64,000 bases of DNA from the human T2T-CHM13v2.0 reference genome, Homo sapiens (GCF_009914755.1 NC_060944.1); one strand, 5' to 3'. Positions 14,905 to 31,094 are shown, counted from the stretch's first letter. Translations and numbers: made by a program. Notes: a model not told the origin generated them from the sequence alone.

Positions 14905-16500
14905 TTCTAACGAGGCCCGTTATTCTCAACTTGAGCATGAATCAGAATCACCTGGAGAGCTTGTTAGAAGAGATTTTTAGGGTCTACCTTAAATTTTCAG
15001 CAGATCTCTCGTAGGGCTGGTGTTTTCATATTTCTGATCCCAGGACCAGACTTCAAGAACTGCTGCCCAATACCTAAATGTGAGGCTCAGGATTTACTTT
15101 TTAACAAGCCCCACATGATTTCGAGGGGTTGCCTCATTTGTGAACTGCTGAAATAAGACGAAAGCAGTGAAAGAATGGCTGGGCAGGGGTTGGATCAGGC
15201 ATAGGGAGGGATTGCCTTGACAGACCTGAGCAAGTCAAAGTAAATTTTAATGGGCAATAATGGCTTTGAGATCCGGCTATAACCACTGCCTTCTGACTTT
15301 CTCCAGCAACTCATCCCCAGTAGTCCAGAACATAATAAAAATTAAAATAGTGGCCGCATATTAAGCATTCACCATGGGGCTATATTCTGTGCTGAGTCAT
15401 TTACAGGAAACAGCCTATTTAATTCTCACAACAACCATTAGAGTTTGGTACTATTGTCAGCCCCATTTTGCAGATAAAAAATGTATATAGCAAAATTTAG
15501 TGACTTTCCCAAGGATCCACAACTGGAAGGTGGTACATTTGGGATTTGAACCTTGGTCCTCGGGTTCTAGAGCCCCTGGTTTATAACCATTGTGTAGATG
15601 CCTCGGCTAATTCAGGTTTCAAGCCAATGTCATCATAATGAAGGGAGTTGCTCTGGTGTCCTGCTCACACAGAGAGCACACAGCAAACTTCTTCATTATG
15701 ATACCTGGAATGCCATGCCTGTCTCTCTTTAAACAGCTTTATTTCCCAATCATACAATTCACTCATTTTAAAGTGTGCAGTTCAATGGTTTTTGTATATT
15801 CATAGATACGTACAACCACCACTAGAATCAATTTTAGAGCATTTTCATCGCCTTAAAAAGAAATCCTAATAAATTAGGCATTCAGCCATTCATTCATTCC
15901 TTGAAACAAATGCTTATTAGACACCTGCTTGTTAAATATTTTTAAACAGTAGTAAATAAAAATAACAATCCTAGGCTTTATGGAGCTTATATTGTAGAAG
16001 GATGAGTCAGACCATAAACAAAATAAGTTGGTAAAACATGTAGTATGTTAGGTAGTAATAAGGGCTTAGGAGAAAAACAATAACAGAAATGGGAGAATAA
16101 GGAGGGGCAGTTTGGGGAAGGATGATGAGGATGCTTGGCGATTTTAAATAGAGTAGGCACGGAAAGGTTTACGCAGAAGGCAACATCTGAGTTAAGAGGT
16201 GAAGAACTGACAACAGCCAACACAGGGAGGAGGATTCCTCCAGGCAGAAGGATTGGCATGCAAAGACTCTGGGCTGGAAATGGGCCTGAGTGTTGGGGGA
16301 ACAGCACAGTGGCTCTGCCTGAAGAGGATTATAGGGCATCAGGTCAGAGAGATGGGACTTTTGAGGTGGGAGACAGATCTTTTGGGGTCTTTAGGCCTCT
16401 GTGTTTTCACTAGGAGTGAGGTGGGAACTGTTGGAAGCTTTTGAGCAGAGGATTGATGTGATCTGAAGAAACTTCCACAGGGACCACTCCGGGGCTGTGC
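14905..16500. mobile_element. Cluster of ancient repeats: MER5-like (about 14905-15150), MIR (about 15340-15600), L1 3' fragment (about 15720-15870), L2 (about 15880-16500)
   Basis: gaatcacctggagagcttgtt; cccattttgcagat; attttaaagtgtgcagttcaatggttttt; cattcattcattc...aaatgcttatt. Confidence 0.6.
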
Positions 16501-16637
16501 TTCCCAGTACGTTACGGGAAGTGGTCTCCTAGGAAGAAGCCGTCCCAAAGTTCAGGCCAACAGCAGCCCAAGGGGTTAAGGAATCCTGGAGTCTCCAGCA
16601 GATGACTCAAGTTTACTAACAGGGTGAATGTTGCTTA

Positions 16638-17300
<663 letters not shown>

Positions 17301-18789
17301 CCGACTATAATCATCTGGAGTTTCCCCAGGGCCCCAACCCTTGGGCAAGACCATTCCCCAAGGAAAGACACATGGCAATTCAGAAGAGAGGTGGCAGAGT
17401 GAGAGGGAAGCCTAATACTCACGGGAGATTCCTGAAAGAGGAATTCAGAGTACAGATGAAAACAGAAGCCAAAACATCCCAAGAAGACCTCTTGGGGAGA
17501 TTTGAGCTGCAGGAATAGGGGCCGAAGTCACAAGAAAGTCATGCAAAACCTAAACATCCCAGGAACAATGCCTGAGCATGAGGCACCATATGGAATCCCA
17601 CTGATGAGGGTGTGGAAAGCAGCTCAGGAGCTTTTCTCCTGGAGGAGAAGGTTGGTTGGGAATTGGGGAAAACCAGCTGAGCTTGTAGGTGGGAAAATTG
17701 CACTTGAGGAGCTAGGGAGGTGGTAGAAATCCTACTAGAGGTGGCAACTCTACCATATGTCCTTCCACTTCCTTCTCACTAAGAAGGAATGTGAGTACAC
17801 ATTGTAAAAGTTTTGAAGACTGTTCAGAGGGACATAAATACATGCCCAAGTCAGCCTGGCCCTTTCAGGCCAAATGTAAGCCACTCACTCAAAGTGCTCA
17901 CCCCTGCACCACTGTGATTGTGGATGTGGGTTTCAGATAAAGCCCCAGTGCCTGTTACACACACCTATCCCAGCCTTGTTAGGAAGGCTAAAGCCTGAAT
18001 ATCTTGGAATTAGAACCACACAATGTTTATTTTATGGCCATTTGGGAGCATTTACAATTTTTACTACCTGCCTTTAGCTGCGACGTGTGTGCCAAAGCTT
18101 CCTACTGGCTCCATTTGTAAGAATCAGAGATTGTTCTGTCAGGAAATCTTTTGACTGAAAGGCACCCAGAAGTGTTAGTTCTATCTTTGCTGGTGGTTCT
18201 AAGTAATGAACAGGCCTCCCAGGCTAAATTAGACAAACCGAAGTGTAATTAAAAAGTAAGCCCCAGGTTAAAAGAAGTATTTGGGTGATGAGGAAAATTA
18301 AGCCGACAGTATTTCATCTCCCAAAATTGCTTTGGGGATTAAATACCAACGTGCTTTGGTTAAGGATTATGCATTTCAAATGCCACATCCACAGTTCGAG
18401 AGTTAAGAAAGAAAGCATGGCATCCGTAAACTCCCTGTCAGATGTTTACTGAAAACTTAGTATTTGCACAACATTCTGATAGACACTGGAGACGAAAATG
18501 AATAAAACACGATCACCACACACACTCAGGGGATGTGTATAATAAACAGTACTAAGAAATGAAATAATAAAAGCAGGAAAAAATGGATATGAAAGCACAG
18601 ATATAACTATTTGCCTAACTCTATCAATCGATAAGCACCTAGAGGATATTTTTGATGTAATTGTTCATATCATGATACGAGATGTAAAATGCACACCAAG
18701 CTCTGTAGACTCTACTTTTGTGCAAAAAAAAAAAAAAAAGGATCTGTGTCCCTAGAGCTCTACATCTAAATAACTCTACAGTCTGGCTA

Positions 18790-18950
18790 CTCAAAGTGTG
18801 AAGTGTGGGCCGTGAATCACCTAGGAGTGTGTTAGACATGCAGAGTCTCAGGCCCCACTTCAGACCTGCTAAGTCAAAATTTGCATTTTAATAGGATTCC
18901 CAGGTGTCTTGTCATATGGTCAAGTTGAAGAAACAGTTTTAGAGTGTGTA
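18790..18950. mobile_element. MER5A-like fossil
   Basis: ctactcaaagtgtg...atgcagagtctcaggcccc...tttgcattttaataggattcccaggtg. Confidence 0.7.
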
Positions 18951-20590
18951 TCATTGCCCCAAATGCATTTTAGAGTAAGCCTACAATTTCCGTTATTTGA
19001 AATGGGAAATACAGTGAGCTCTTTACAGCTTGTCATCAAGTTGAGTGTATTATCTGTTGGTGACGAAGTCATAGTTCCTGTGGAAATCACCCCTGTGGTT
19101 CCCTCCCTACATCCACAGTAGAAGGTACTGGTTGCTTTAGTCGGAAGTGAGTGAAAATAAAGATGGAAGTTCCTCCACCCCATTCACGTGCTTGTGCTCC
19201 ATGATATCTCTCAATGAACAGCTTGGGGGTCTGTAAACCCCAGGTAAGGACTTTTGCTCCAGAGAAGAACTACAGGGTCAGGGAATCTGTTCTAATTCAT
19301 TTATCTGTTTTTCATCAACTGCTACTGGTTAAACCTGTGTTTCGTCTATACCATTAGGGTGAGGTTTTAATTTTAAAAGTGACTTTGGTGAGGCGTGGAA
19401 ATTCTTAGGGATTTACCTGAGGGTCCCCAATCACTCTGGGTACTCAGCTCTACCATCACATTCTACTAAACACCCACAGCCCAGTGAGCAGGGATTTCGT
19501 TGTAATGTTAAGGAGTTTTTGCTTCTCAGCCACAGATGTGCTCGACCCACCATTTTGTCTTCTTTCTTCTTCCTCCTTTTTAGCGGCTTTACAAAGAGAT
19601 TTCCTCATTTCTTTCACAGTTACCGTATGTGTTATCCTCTGCAGAGCCTTGCTTTGCTTCACTTTGCTTTGCTTCCTGTCTTTTCTCCCCTTTCCCATAT
19701 CTCCCACATGTTCTAATCACATCCATTCACCTCTTTCTTTACATCAAACTGAATGGCTCGCGTTCTTCTTACAATCCTCATGTCTGTCCCACCAGCAATC
19801 ATTTCAGGACCCCAAACCAACGTTAGTACCATCAAACTGAGTTCAGCCCCAGAAAGCTAAAAAGTTGTGTTTCAGACCGCAAGCTCTGGGCAGATACAGA
19901 TCAGCTATGAATGGACGAGCCCACCAGGACAAGCAATCAGGTGCTGAGTGGGGGGTCTAGGGTCATATGTCCTCATTTCAGGCCACTGCTCCTCCACCAA
20001 GTCACTGCATGACCACCTGAATGTCAATTTTCTCACCTGTTCAATGGAGATAAAAATATCTCTTACCTCATGAAACTGTAAGGAGGAGCAACAAGATAAT
20101 GCACCTAAAATATTGTTTTTAATGAAAGCCTTTTTCTGTACAATACCTGAATTGACTAGGAAATCTATATGCACTTCAAATATAAACAAGTATTACAGTT
20201 TTTTATATCTTGCTACAGCTTGAGGGAACTCATTGTCTCTCCTTGAATGATTTCTACCAGCACTATGTGCTCTCCCAGCTATCTGGGAGCCACACTTGAA
20301 TGTTCTCCTTTCTGTGGTTGCCTAGGTGATGTATATGTGCCAGGAGTAATTGCAGTCTCAGGAAGTATCCCTACTGTCAGTTGTGGTAGTGCCATCTGTC
20401 TTCCTCCAATATTTGGACTTTACATAGGGTCATTTTTTTTTTGAAAAATAATTTAGCTTTCCCAAAAAATGTTGCATTTTTCTACTAAACAAGAAATGAC
20501 AAATAAGCAAAAGATGTTAGTAGTGAAATAAGAAATAAAATAATTGTTGACATTTTTGTCAATTTTCCTGATTATTACCCCAGTGGGATT

Positions 20591-20600
20591 CACACACACA

Positions 20601-20652
<52 letters not shown>
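20591..20652. repeat. Interrupted (CA)n microsatellite
   Basis: About 30 CA units with two aa interruptions. Confidence 0.98.
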
Positions 20653-20654
<2 letters not shown>

Positions 20655-20811
20655 GATCCAAATCCATATAGTTTTCAATTTGCTTCTTTTACTTAGCATT
20701 ATGCCATGGTGATTTTTCATGTCATGCTTTTTAACGCTTTTTCATGGCTTCGTATTACTTTATTGCATGAATGTAGCTTAATTTATTTATCTAGTTCCCT
20801 ACTCGAGGTGG

Positions 20812-21179
20812 TGTATTAGTCCGTTTTCACACGGCTGATAAAGACATAGCCAAGACTGGGCAATTTATACCCAAACTGTGAGGTTTAATTGAACTCATAG
20901 TTTCACATGGCTGGGGAGGCCTCATAATCATGGCAGAAAGCAAGGAGGAGCAAGTCACGTCTGACGTGGATGGCGGCAGGCAAAGAGAACTTGTGCAGGG
21001 AAACTCCCCAATATAATACTATTAGATCTTGTGAGACTTATTCACTATCACAAGAACAGCACAGGAAAGACCCACCCCCATAATTCAATCATCTCCCACC
21101 AGGTCCCTCCCACAACACATGGGAATTATGGGAGCTACAAGATGAGATTTGGGTGGGGACACAGAGCCAAACCATGTCA
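20812..21179 (-). mobile_element. THE1 (MaLR) solo LTR
   Basis: TG...CA termini; 5-bp TSD ggtgg at 20807-20811 and 21180-21184. Confidence 0.92.
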
Positions 21180-21586
21180 GGTGGCAACTCCACATTGAAT
21201 AGAAGCCTTGGTCAGACTTTCACATTCATTTTTTCTTTGCTCAGCAAGGAAAAAAAATTTCAAAGATTATTATAACATTGAGACTCAAATAAGCAGCTAT
21301 TTTAATATAAGTTCTATTTAGCTATGGAAATTTTAAAAATAAGAATTTTATAGGTGTGAAAGAATATCTCATAGAATGATCAAGATGCTTGACTTTTTTG
21401 TCCAAGACTTTCTCCTTCTGAAAAGAGAAGGGAGCTAGTAGAGATTATAGCTCTGGGTAGACAGGGCCCTCTCTGTCTGCTCACAGAGGAAGGTTGGACC
21501 ATCAATACTAGCATAGTACTGGCACATAGTAGGTAAATATTCTTTGAATGAATGGTCAGGTCACACTCCCATATAAACATCTTCCT

Positions 21587-21852
21587 TGTTTTTGCTTTTG
21601 TTTTTGTTTTTTTAGAGACCAAGTCTAGCTTTGTTGCCCAGGCTGGAGGGCAGTGGTACAAACTTGGTGCACTGCAGCCTCCATCTCCTGGGCTTTAGTG
21701 GTCCTCCTACCTCAGCCTCCCAAGTAGCTGGGACTACAGGCACGCACCACCATGCCCAGCTAATTTTCTCTATTTTTTAAGAGACAGGTCTCACTATGTT
21801 GCCCAGGTTGGTCTCAAACTCCTGGCTTTGAGTGATCCTCCTGCCTCTACCT
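21587..21852 (-). mobile_element. AluJ, slightly 5' truncated
   Basis: Diverged reverse Alu. Confidence 0.9.
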
Positions 21853-23484
21853 TGTTTTCAAATTGTTGGTGATGTGCTTGCTGTGTAGATCATTACTTAG
21901 TTCAGATGTTTTGTAAATTAATTTCTTGTAGAAGAAAAACAATGTATAGTGAAAATCCAGAGTAAATGCTTTGACTAAAAGGAAAGAAAGAGGCATCTTC
22001 TTTAGACATTAGTGGAAGGGAAAGGAAGATGTGTTGAGCCCGAAATATGAATATTCTAGACTTGGCTTTTTGCCTATGTTCCAAGATTATCCTTCTTAGA
22101 AGAGACTCCAAACATACAAATTTCTGTCCACATATTTTTTATCCCTTTTGAGTTAGAGTCAAGGAATTATTCTCCTCCATGGAAACCATTTTCTTGCCCT
22201 CAGATGACTAAACCAAGTGAAATTTAGCAGAGTTGAGAACAAGCGTGAAGTTTTATTCCCCAGGGCCTTTCTGTTAACTCCTTAAAAGGTTTGGAACATT
22301 GAGCTGGGAGAGTTATCATGAATGGCAAACAAACCAGCAAAAAGTAATTGAGATGTGTCTGTTCCTTTGGGACAGAAAAGAAAATCATACCAAAAGTGAA
22401 AATTAAATGTTGTTTACTACCATTCAGTTTACCACATACCTTCTTAATTTATTTCCTAGGAAGTCCAAGTGAATTTTTGCTTCTTCTCTACCTTTAATAG
22501 TCAGTTTACTTTCAGAGTTTTGTGACTAATAAATGATCGAATGGCTCTTTGAACAGAGCCAGCCTGCTGATAAATACACCAAAAGTTAGTATACCTTGCC
22601 TTTATGTTAGTCACAAAGCACTTCAATTATTATATGAAAAATCACTCTTCTGGGTACTATTTTCACATCTTATGCAGTAAGAACTTTGAGCCCAAAACAC
22701 AGAAGTTTATCTTGTTTAGAGATTAAGCAGAGTTGTTTTATTTCTGTTTTTGTTTGTTTTTATTTTATCCTTATTCTTTTGATTGCAAGCCACAGAATTC
22801 CATGCTGGACTAACTTAGGCCAGAAGGGTATATACTAGAAAAGTACAAAGGGTATATCACATAAGAAAGGGGGCTGTCCAAACTCTGCCCCTGCTTTTCT
22901 CTGCATATTAGTGTTATTCTTTTCCAAAGTAGCAAGACAGGCTTCCCCTTGGTAGAAAATACAGGCACTGATCCCTTCTGAGTTTTATTTCTCCATTGAC
23001 ATGTAGGAAAAATCTTGGGGAAAACCTTGTTTGGGTCCCATGATGACCAAGTCTGCAACCAGAAGTCAGAGTATGACTGACCCAACTTGGATTAATGCCT
23101 CCCCTGGACCAATTATCTTGGCCAAGAGATGGGGGGTAAAATATACAGCAGCTCCCAAGGGAAGCATGTGGGTGAGGCCATTCTCAGAAAGCAGAGGAAG
23201 TTCTTCCTGGAGAAGTAGTTAGTATTGGGTAGAGAAAACTACAGGTGTACCTCACATCCTCTCTTTGTAGCATAAAAAAGAGATAAATTATTGATGCCCA
23301 TATAAAATCCCATTGCCAATTTAATGTGAGTTGGGTGGTAGTGGCATACTATTTAATATTAACAAAATCATAATATTAATTATTCTGTCTCCTGGAGCTT
23401 CAGTAGACAAAATTTAAATAAAAATAGTAAATGCCGTGTGGGCAGAACTTCAGTAGGAGTGAGGGTCTTCTGAAAACTAGCTGA

Positions 23485-23779
23485 GGTCGGGCTCGGTGGC
23501 TCACACCTGTAATCCCAGCACTTTGGGAGACTGAGAAGGGCAGATCACGTGAGGTCAGGAGTTCAAGAGCAGCCTGGGCAACATGGTGAAACCCTGTCTC
23601 TACTAAAATTACAGAAATTAGCTGGGTATGGTGGCACACGCCTGGAATCCCAGCTATTCGGGAGGCTGAGGCACTACAATCCCTTGAATCCAGGAAGTGG
23701 AGGTTGCAGTGAGCCGAGATTGCACCACTGCACTGCAGCCTGGGCAATAGAGCGACACTGTATCTCAAAAAAAAAAAAA
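23485..23779 (+). mobile_element. Alu
   Basis: Full dimer with poly-A. Confidence 0.95.
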
Positions 23780-24449
23780 GGCTGAGATGAGCAGAGGTGG
23801 GGCTGTGTAGTAAGGCACTGTGGGGGAGATGAAGGCAAACTGAGCACAGTAGGACATTTACATATTTTACATATTAAACAGATATCCTCTGAAAACATAT
23901 ACTCCTTGGGATTCTAGGGAAACACCATTTTCATTTAATTGCATGCAAAAGCCTCAGTTTAAAAAATACACCTGGATTTCACATTAAGATGCTTTTTCCG
24001 GAAGGAACAAAATTTAGCTTGTTAAACACCAAACCTATATAATTTTAAAAGTATTTCCAATAAGGCAGCCTGTGGCTTGAATGTGAGCTTTCAGAGCTAT
24101 CGCTGAGGTCGGGTCCAGTGTAGTTTTGAAACTTAAAAGATTTCATTCACAATCATTTTTTTCAGTGCCTATTTTGTCTAGAGCCTGGGATTCTAAACAT
24201 TTATTAAGAATGGAAGGTTGAAATGGTGACATCCCTTTGTGGGAGCAATAATAAGATATTTACATACAAAAGGTATGTCTGTAAATGATACCCTGTAGGA
24301 AAAACCAATTAGGGGGCCAACACCCAGAGTTATCTGGGCAGTCAAAGGGGAGAATTACCTAAGGCTGGCTTAGAAAGGGAAGGGGCAGAGAGAAATTGAA
24401 ATGGTTTCTTCCAGATTGTCTCCATCTTCCACAACCACCAAGACAATGC

Positions 24450-24610
24450 TTTTCAAACTCTAATGTGCACTCAAATCTCCTGGGAATTTTGTTGAACATG
24501 TAGATTCTGACTTAGTTGATCTGGAGTAGGGCCCGAGAACTTACATTTCTAATGTGCTCCCTGATGATGCTCTTGCCACTGGTATGTGGACTACACTTTG
24601 AGTAGCAAGA
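24450..24610. mobile_element. MER5A-like fossil
   Basis: tagattctgacttagttgatctggagtagggcccgagaacttacatttctaa...actttgagtagcaag. Confidence 0.7.
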
Positions 24611-25887
24611 TCTAGAAAGCCAGGTCGTCAGCTCAGAGTTTCTAGAACAGTGCCTGCTATTTAGTAGGTGCTTAATAAATATCCATTGCATCGTGGCTGA
24701 ATCAGATAGTTTAGATAAGTGTGTGTTCTGGGACCACAGGAGGTGGAAACTTGTTCTGCAAGGGGTAAAGGGCAAATGCAGGGGGTGTGATGGGAGCCAA
24801 GAGGGAGGCAAAAGGACGTGGCAGACAGGGAACTTCTGGGGAGTCTGGAGGGAGTGTGGCACTGACAGTGGTGTGGAGCCTGACACCAAACCAACATAAA
24901 AGTCAGAACTGAGTGGGCAGAAGGTCTGTGAGTTATCCAGCTTAGTCTCAATATTGACTGGAGGCCGATGCTGCTGAGGATAAAGGCAGTAGGTGGAAGG
25001 GAAACAGCACATGTGAGCAGATGCTGGCATAATCAAGAAAATATTCTGAAGTCAGGTGAATGATAGAGATGAGGACATGGAAACAGGAATATAATTGTTA
25101 CTGAATTCAAAAGAGTTGCTGGGAGACTTAGCAGTGGCTTGTAGAATGAGGGAGGGTCCACCAAGACAACCTCCCACTTCAAGTCTGGCACAAAGCATCC
25201 AAATCACCTCAGGAGATTTTGAGAATATTGATTCCCAGGCCCTACCCCTAGACATTTGGAGTCCATAGGTCCTGGAATCTGTATTTTTAAGAAGTTCCCC
25301 CACATGATTCTGATGTTGCAGCCAAGGAAGGTGATCCCTGGATAACTCTCTGTAACTCCTTCAAGTGGTTGGAAGAGGAGAAAAGCCCTCTAGGGAAGGG
25401 AAGGTGCTAGTGAGAGGACACTTTCAGCTAAATAGAGGCGTTGCAGGAGACCCCAAGGAAATGGCCAGAGTCTTTGCACACTGGAATTTTACATCTAGAC
25501 AGCTTGATAAATGGCATGACTACAAAGTAATGCCTCATGATTTCTTTAATTGTGATAATCATGATTAGGCAATCCCTTTTGAATGATCAAATAGGCTTTC
25601 TGCTGGCCCAAGTCCTAGTTAATATTTGTTCAGATTTAATCCACTTCACAGATGAATGCATCAAATTTCATGATAATTTTAAACGAATGTGGATTCCGTA
25701 TCGTAATTCTCTTGCAAGCCATGGAACCTTATTTGTCTGGGTTTGTACCCATCTCAGCCACTTACCAGCTTTGGGGCCCTGAGCCCAGGACTTGAGCCAG
25801 ATGTGTCAGCGTGTTCTTATGTAAAACAAAAATAATAACACCAACCGCATAGGGCAATTCTCAGAATTAAATAAATACATGTGAATC

Positions 25888-26206
<319 letters not shown>

Positions 26207-26258
26207 ACATGTGAATCTTTTAAAACTAGGCCTGACATATAGAAATTATCAGTTAAAG

Positions 26259-26598
26259 TGTTGTAGGACCCTATCCTTAGTTCAGCTAAAGACGGGTTCC
26301 TTGTCACATGGCCACAAAAAGTTAGGCTTGAAGGCAATTTGAAGAGTGAGGAGGACAGGGTTTTATTGTGTTGAAAGGAAAAGAGGGAAACAGGTTATCT
26401 CCACAAGGCTGGAGTCCCTGCTAGTGTGCTTCCCACCTTGCAGATTGAATTCCAAGTTCCACCCAGGAAGAGGAGTGGCCAGGCTCCTCCCTGCTGCAAA
26501 TGGGGTGGATTTCTGTGGCTCCACCTCAGTGTGCATTCCTCCCAGTGAGCAGGCCCGTTGCAGTTTTTCCGGGGACTCCCTTATACTTGGCTGTCTCA
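26259..26598 (-). mobile_element. ERV1 solo LTR, MER61-like
   Basis: Reverse complement begins TGAGACAGCCAAGTATAAGGGAGTCCCCGG; TG..CA termini; 4-bp TSD aaag. Confidence 0.8.
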
Positions 26599-27627
26599 AA
26601 AGTTTGTGGTATTATGATTTGTCTTGTCACTATTACAGCTGCCACTTATAGAAGACTAGTCAACTCAGCTTGCCTTATATGTTTTTGGGAAAGAGAATCT
26701 CCATCTATGGGAAAAGCAGTGGGGGCTTTCAGAGGATGTCCACACTGTCTATTTGGTGCTCCAGTAAGAAGGGTTGAGTCCAGTTGCTACAGCCACCTGA
26801 AAACCTTGCAGAAGGTTCTCCAGGTTCCTCATGAGGAAAAAAGGAAAAGATTACCAGGCACAATTACCTTTATGTAATTGGCAAACACTTACTGGGCATC
26901 AAGTGAATATTAGGAATTGTGCAGAATACCAAGGATACAAAAACACAATTGATGCCCCCTTGGGGCTTGATTTGATAATAGATGTATGACAATAAATACT
27001 TGCGTTCACAGTGATGTAGTGACAGTTCATTGAAAGCACAAAGAGAATTTCTGATGTTCTTTATATCTACTGGAAATTACCCACGCAAGAACATAAATGT
27101 CAACTTCGAAGATGGGAAACTCATGTTATCCTCAAAGCAATTCAACAATGAATGATAGTTGTGAGCCAAGAATTATAACTTGCTGTTGATTATAACTTAC
27201 ATTTGTGTCATACTTATTTTTATTTTGAGCTTCACAGCACCTCCAAAGACATAAAGACAGTGATCAACTGAGAAAATGTAGGTTCTGAAAATGTAGGGTC
27301 TTGCCCCAAATTTCACTTTTAATAAGTCTTAGGGTAGAGATTGGAACCAGGTTCTACACTGTAAGTTGTCTTTGCACTGAGCTGGGCTATAATAACTGCC
27401 ACAACAATCTAATGAATTCTGTTTAATTAAAAAGAGATAATAAGAAGAATTTCATATTAAAACCCATAAGCCTAGATAATATGATGGTTCTAAATTGTCC
27501 TCATTGCCAATGTTAGATGTCTGACAACTTTAACTATTGTGAAACATCCATCACAGATATTCTAACTATAGATTCTGTTGTTTGAGGGAGGTGGGAAGGA
27601 AGCTCTGTTTGCAATCATTTGAAATAG

Positions 27628-27729
<102 letters not shown>

Positions 27730-27755
27730 TAAGCCTTCATTCCCATTACAATTGA

Positions 27756-27926
<171 letters not shown>

Positions 27927-28310
27927 TAAGTCAAAAGTGTCCCCTCTCCCAAACAGTTCATCTGGGAATTATTTTATTTTGTACGTCAGAGTCACAGGTT
28001 CATAACCAGTCAAAGACTCCTTCGTGAAGTTTCTCCTCTAGTCAGCCTTTCAAAAGATTCTTTTGGTAAGGTTTTTAACAGGGAAGGCTCAAGCAAAGAC
28101 TGGTTCAATAAAGGAGTGAGGCACACCCAGGGCCTTTTAGATAAAGAGTAAGCAAAGAGCTTCCCTCAGGGAAAGGCTAAATCCTCACTTCCTACCCATA
28201 ATCTTCCTGGCATTTAGTGAAAACAGAGCCTGTGCCTTGGGAGGAACCTGACCTTTGTCCAAAGGCTGGCAGATTATACCTTCCTTGTAGCAGTAATAAG
28301 AATGTTGCTA

Positions 28311-28620
28311 TGGCTCACACTTGTAATCTCAGCACTTTGAAAGGCCTAGGTGGGAGGATTGCTTGAGGCCAGGAGTTCAATAGGGGCCTGGGCAACACAG
28401 GGAGACTCTGTCTCTACAAAAAAATTTTAAGATTAGCTGGGTGTGGTGGTGCACACCTATATTTCCAGCTACTCAGAAGGCTGAGGCTGGAGGATGGCTT
28501 CAGCATGGGAGGTCAAGGCTTCAGTGAGCCATGATGGTGCCACTGCACTCTACCATGGGCAACAGAGCGAAACCTTGTCTCCAATAAATAAATAGATAAA
28601 AATAAGGAAAAAAGAAAAAG
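28311..28620 (+). mobile_element. AluJ in the short intron between coding exons
   Basis: TSD aagaatgttg. Confidence 0.92.
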
Positions 28621-28720
28621 AATGTTGAGAGTTCTGTAACCTTTTATCTAGAAGTCTGAGATTCCCATTTGTCAATTCTGGATGAGTTGGTATAATGATG
28701 TATTCATCATTTGCTTTTAG

Positions 28721-28778
28721 GGAGAAGACAGAGATGATCCGGTCATATATCCAGGAAGTGGTGCAGTATATCAAGAGG
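28721..28778 (+). CDS. PLCB1: PLCB1 coding exon (58 nt): EKTEMIRSYIQEVVQYIKR
   Basis: Acceptor tttgcttttag|G, donor AGG|gtatgt; phase 2 in, phase 0 out. Confidence 0.96.
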
Positions 28779-29377
28779 GTATGTGGGCTCATCACGCTCT
28801 CTCCTTTGCAAAACATGTGTGAACATTTGGTGAGCTCACTGTGAGCTTCTGGAAGGAAATGTCATGCCTTGCCATAACTTTTTATCACTAGCACCTAGCA
28901 GAGCTGTTTCACAGGGTGGGCACTCCTTAATCAACATTTCTGCAAGTTGAATTGCAAACCACTTTGTAAAAGGATTCATCTAAAAATAGAGTCAAGTCAT
29001 TTCCAAAGTCAAGAGCCCAGAAACATATTGTAAATGATAGTGTTCCCAAAAGAACCTTTAATTGTCATCAATGATAGAGATGATGGCAACCTCGAAGGGC
29101 TGTCCTTTTTTTTTCCAATTTAATGTCATAGAAATGTTTACATATTTATAAAAAGGTAAGAACAGTGCAGTCCATTGATCACCACCTCCCACCCTTATGT
29201 TTCTGTCACCTAGCTTCAACACTTACTACAGTTTCCTATACTTGTAAGTGTAGTTCTTGATCAGGAGATCAAATAATCAAATGTAAGCCATAGATCTGAA
29301 AAGCTTTCGGTATTTTCTGAAAACGTGCACTTTTAAATGTTTAGATGAAAGTAATGTTTCTTGTAACTTTCTTATAG

Positions 29378-29485
<108 letters not shown>

Positions 29486-31094
29486 TGAACAATTATTTTA
29501 TTTGATTTCCATTTAGTAAGAGTAAAACCTTCCTGGTTTACATAAGTACCTTGTACACAGTCTCAGATCAGTTCTTGCATATGAAACTCATGTATCTTTC
29601 TCAATGAAGGAAAAAATATAGCAATATTCAGTAAGCATTTATCATCACCTGGTGAGCTTTTAAAAACTGCAAATATGCAGAACCCAGCCCCAGAGATTTG
29701 GCTTTAACTAATCTGGGGTATGGCTCAGACAAAGGTATTTTTATAGTCCGTTTCCCCTGGAGAATCAGAGACTAACCAAACCTTCAGTTTGGGTACTACT
29801 AAGTAAACGTCAGTTCTAAATAGCTGATGTAATGTTGTAATGCCACCCTCTGTCCAGCAGAGGATGCCCTGCACCAAAATCACTTTGGTTTTTATCTAGC
29901 AAAATAGTCTCATAAATCAGAGAAAAGCAAATCTTTTGTTTCCCATAGTAACAGTTGATTGGGGCTCTGCTTTAAAATTATCTTATGTTCATTGTTTGGT
30001 TAAAATTAATTGTCTTATGAATATTAACTTTGAATAAACTGAGTATTTGTAGATCAAATACTTTGAGGTTACCAAATGGCATCTCAGTTTTAGAACATTC
30101 CTTCCATTTTGATTCATCACTGAATAGTTTTCTGTTTGTGGAAATTGTGTTTTTCAATTTTCCTGCGCTTCTATTTTCAATTTAAAATATCTACTCTAAA
30201 AAGTACTGCCATTCCACACAAGCATTTCTCGAGTCCTAAAAGTTAAAAAACGTTAGTTTTATTTAATTGTATGTTTCATTCACCAGTTTACTTCTTATAG
30301 ATTTCTTATGGATAATTCTAAATATATTTTCATGGTTCTTTGTGCTCTTATGCTTTCATATTTATTATATAAGACATTTATTTAATATTTTTAATTTCTA
30401 AGTTTTTAGGGTTGGCAATATAGATTCTCAAGCAAGAGTTAATAATTACTTAGATATGGTGCTAATTCTTATGTTTCTCCTATAAACATATAATGTAGAT
30501 CTTCTCAGCCACCCTCTCAGGTTGATTATGCACTAATAAAGTGGAATAAATTTTAACATAATTTCAGAAATTGCTATACTTTCCAATCAGAATTGATCTT
30601 TTTAAAATGCTCAAATTATTTAGAGCAAAAGATCCAGTTTGACTGAAATTTAAGAAACACTTTAATAATAATCAGTCTCAGGTGATATATTCAGATACAT
30701 ACATTTCTAATCTATGCTGTCTGGTTTTAAATTTGTCATTACTTTGTACACTGACATAATAGAATTTGCTTATGGTTGATGGCTCAGCTAGTTTTTGTAT
30801 TTCAAAAAAATTTAGGTAATATGGTTCTTTTCAGAGTTTCATTTTGCTTTTTTTTTTCATGCGTGTTTTGGTTCAACAATGTTAACTATTTTACTTACAG
30901 ATAAAATGTGAATGTAAAATCATTAATGTGTTTAAATTATATAACTCTCAGTATCAGTAACCCATACAAAGATTTTCATGTTACTGCTCTAGGTCATCAT
31001 GATTAAAATCAACCTCAGTAAATGTGGAAGCACCCTTAAACTTCTTCCCTGGATATAACTGGACATGAAAAGAACTAATAACTTTTGGCTGATT

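Noticed and set aside
24512-25036. 174-aa minus-strand ORF
   Set aside because: Runs across MER5 and L2/MIR remnants; no recognisable domain or splice support
26259-26598. Possible p53 response element, known in some MER61 subfamilies
   Set aside because: No paired RRRCWWGYYY half-sites visible in this copy
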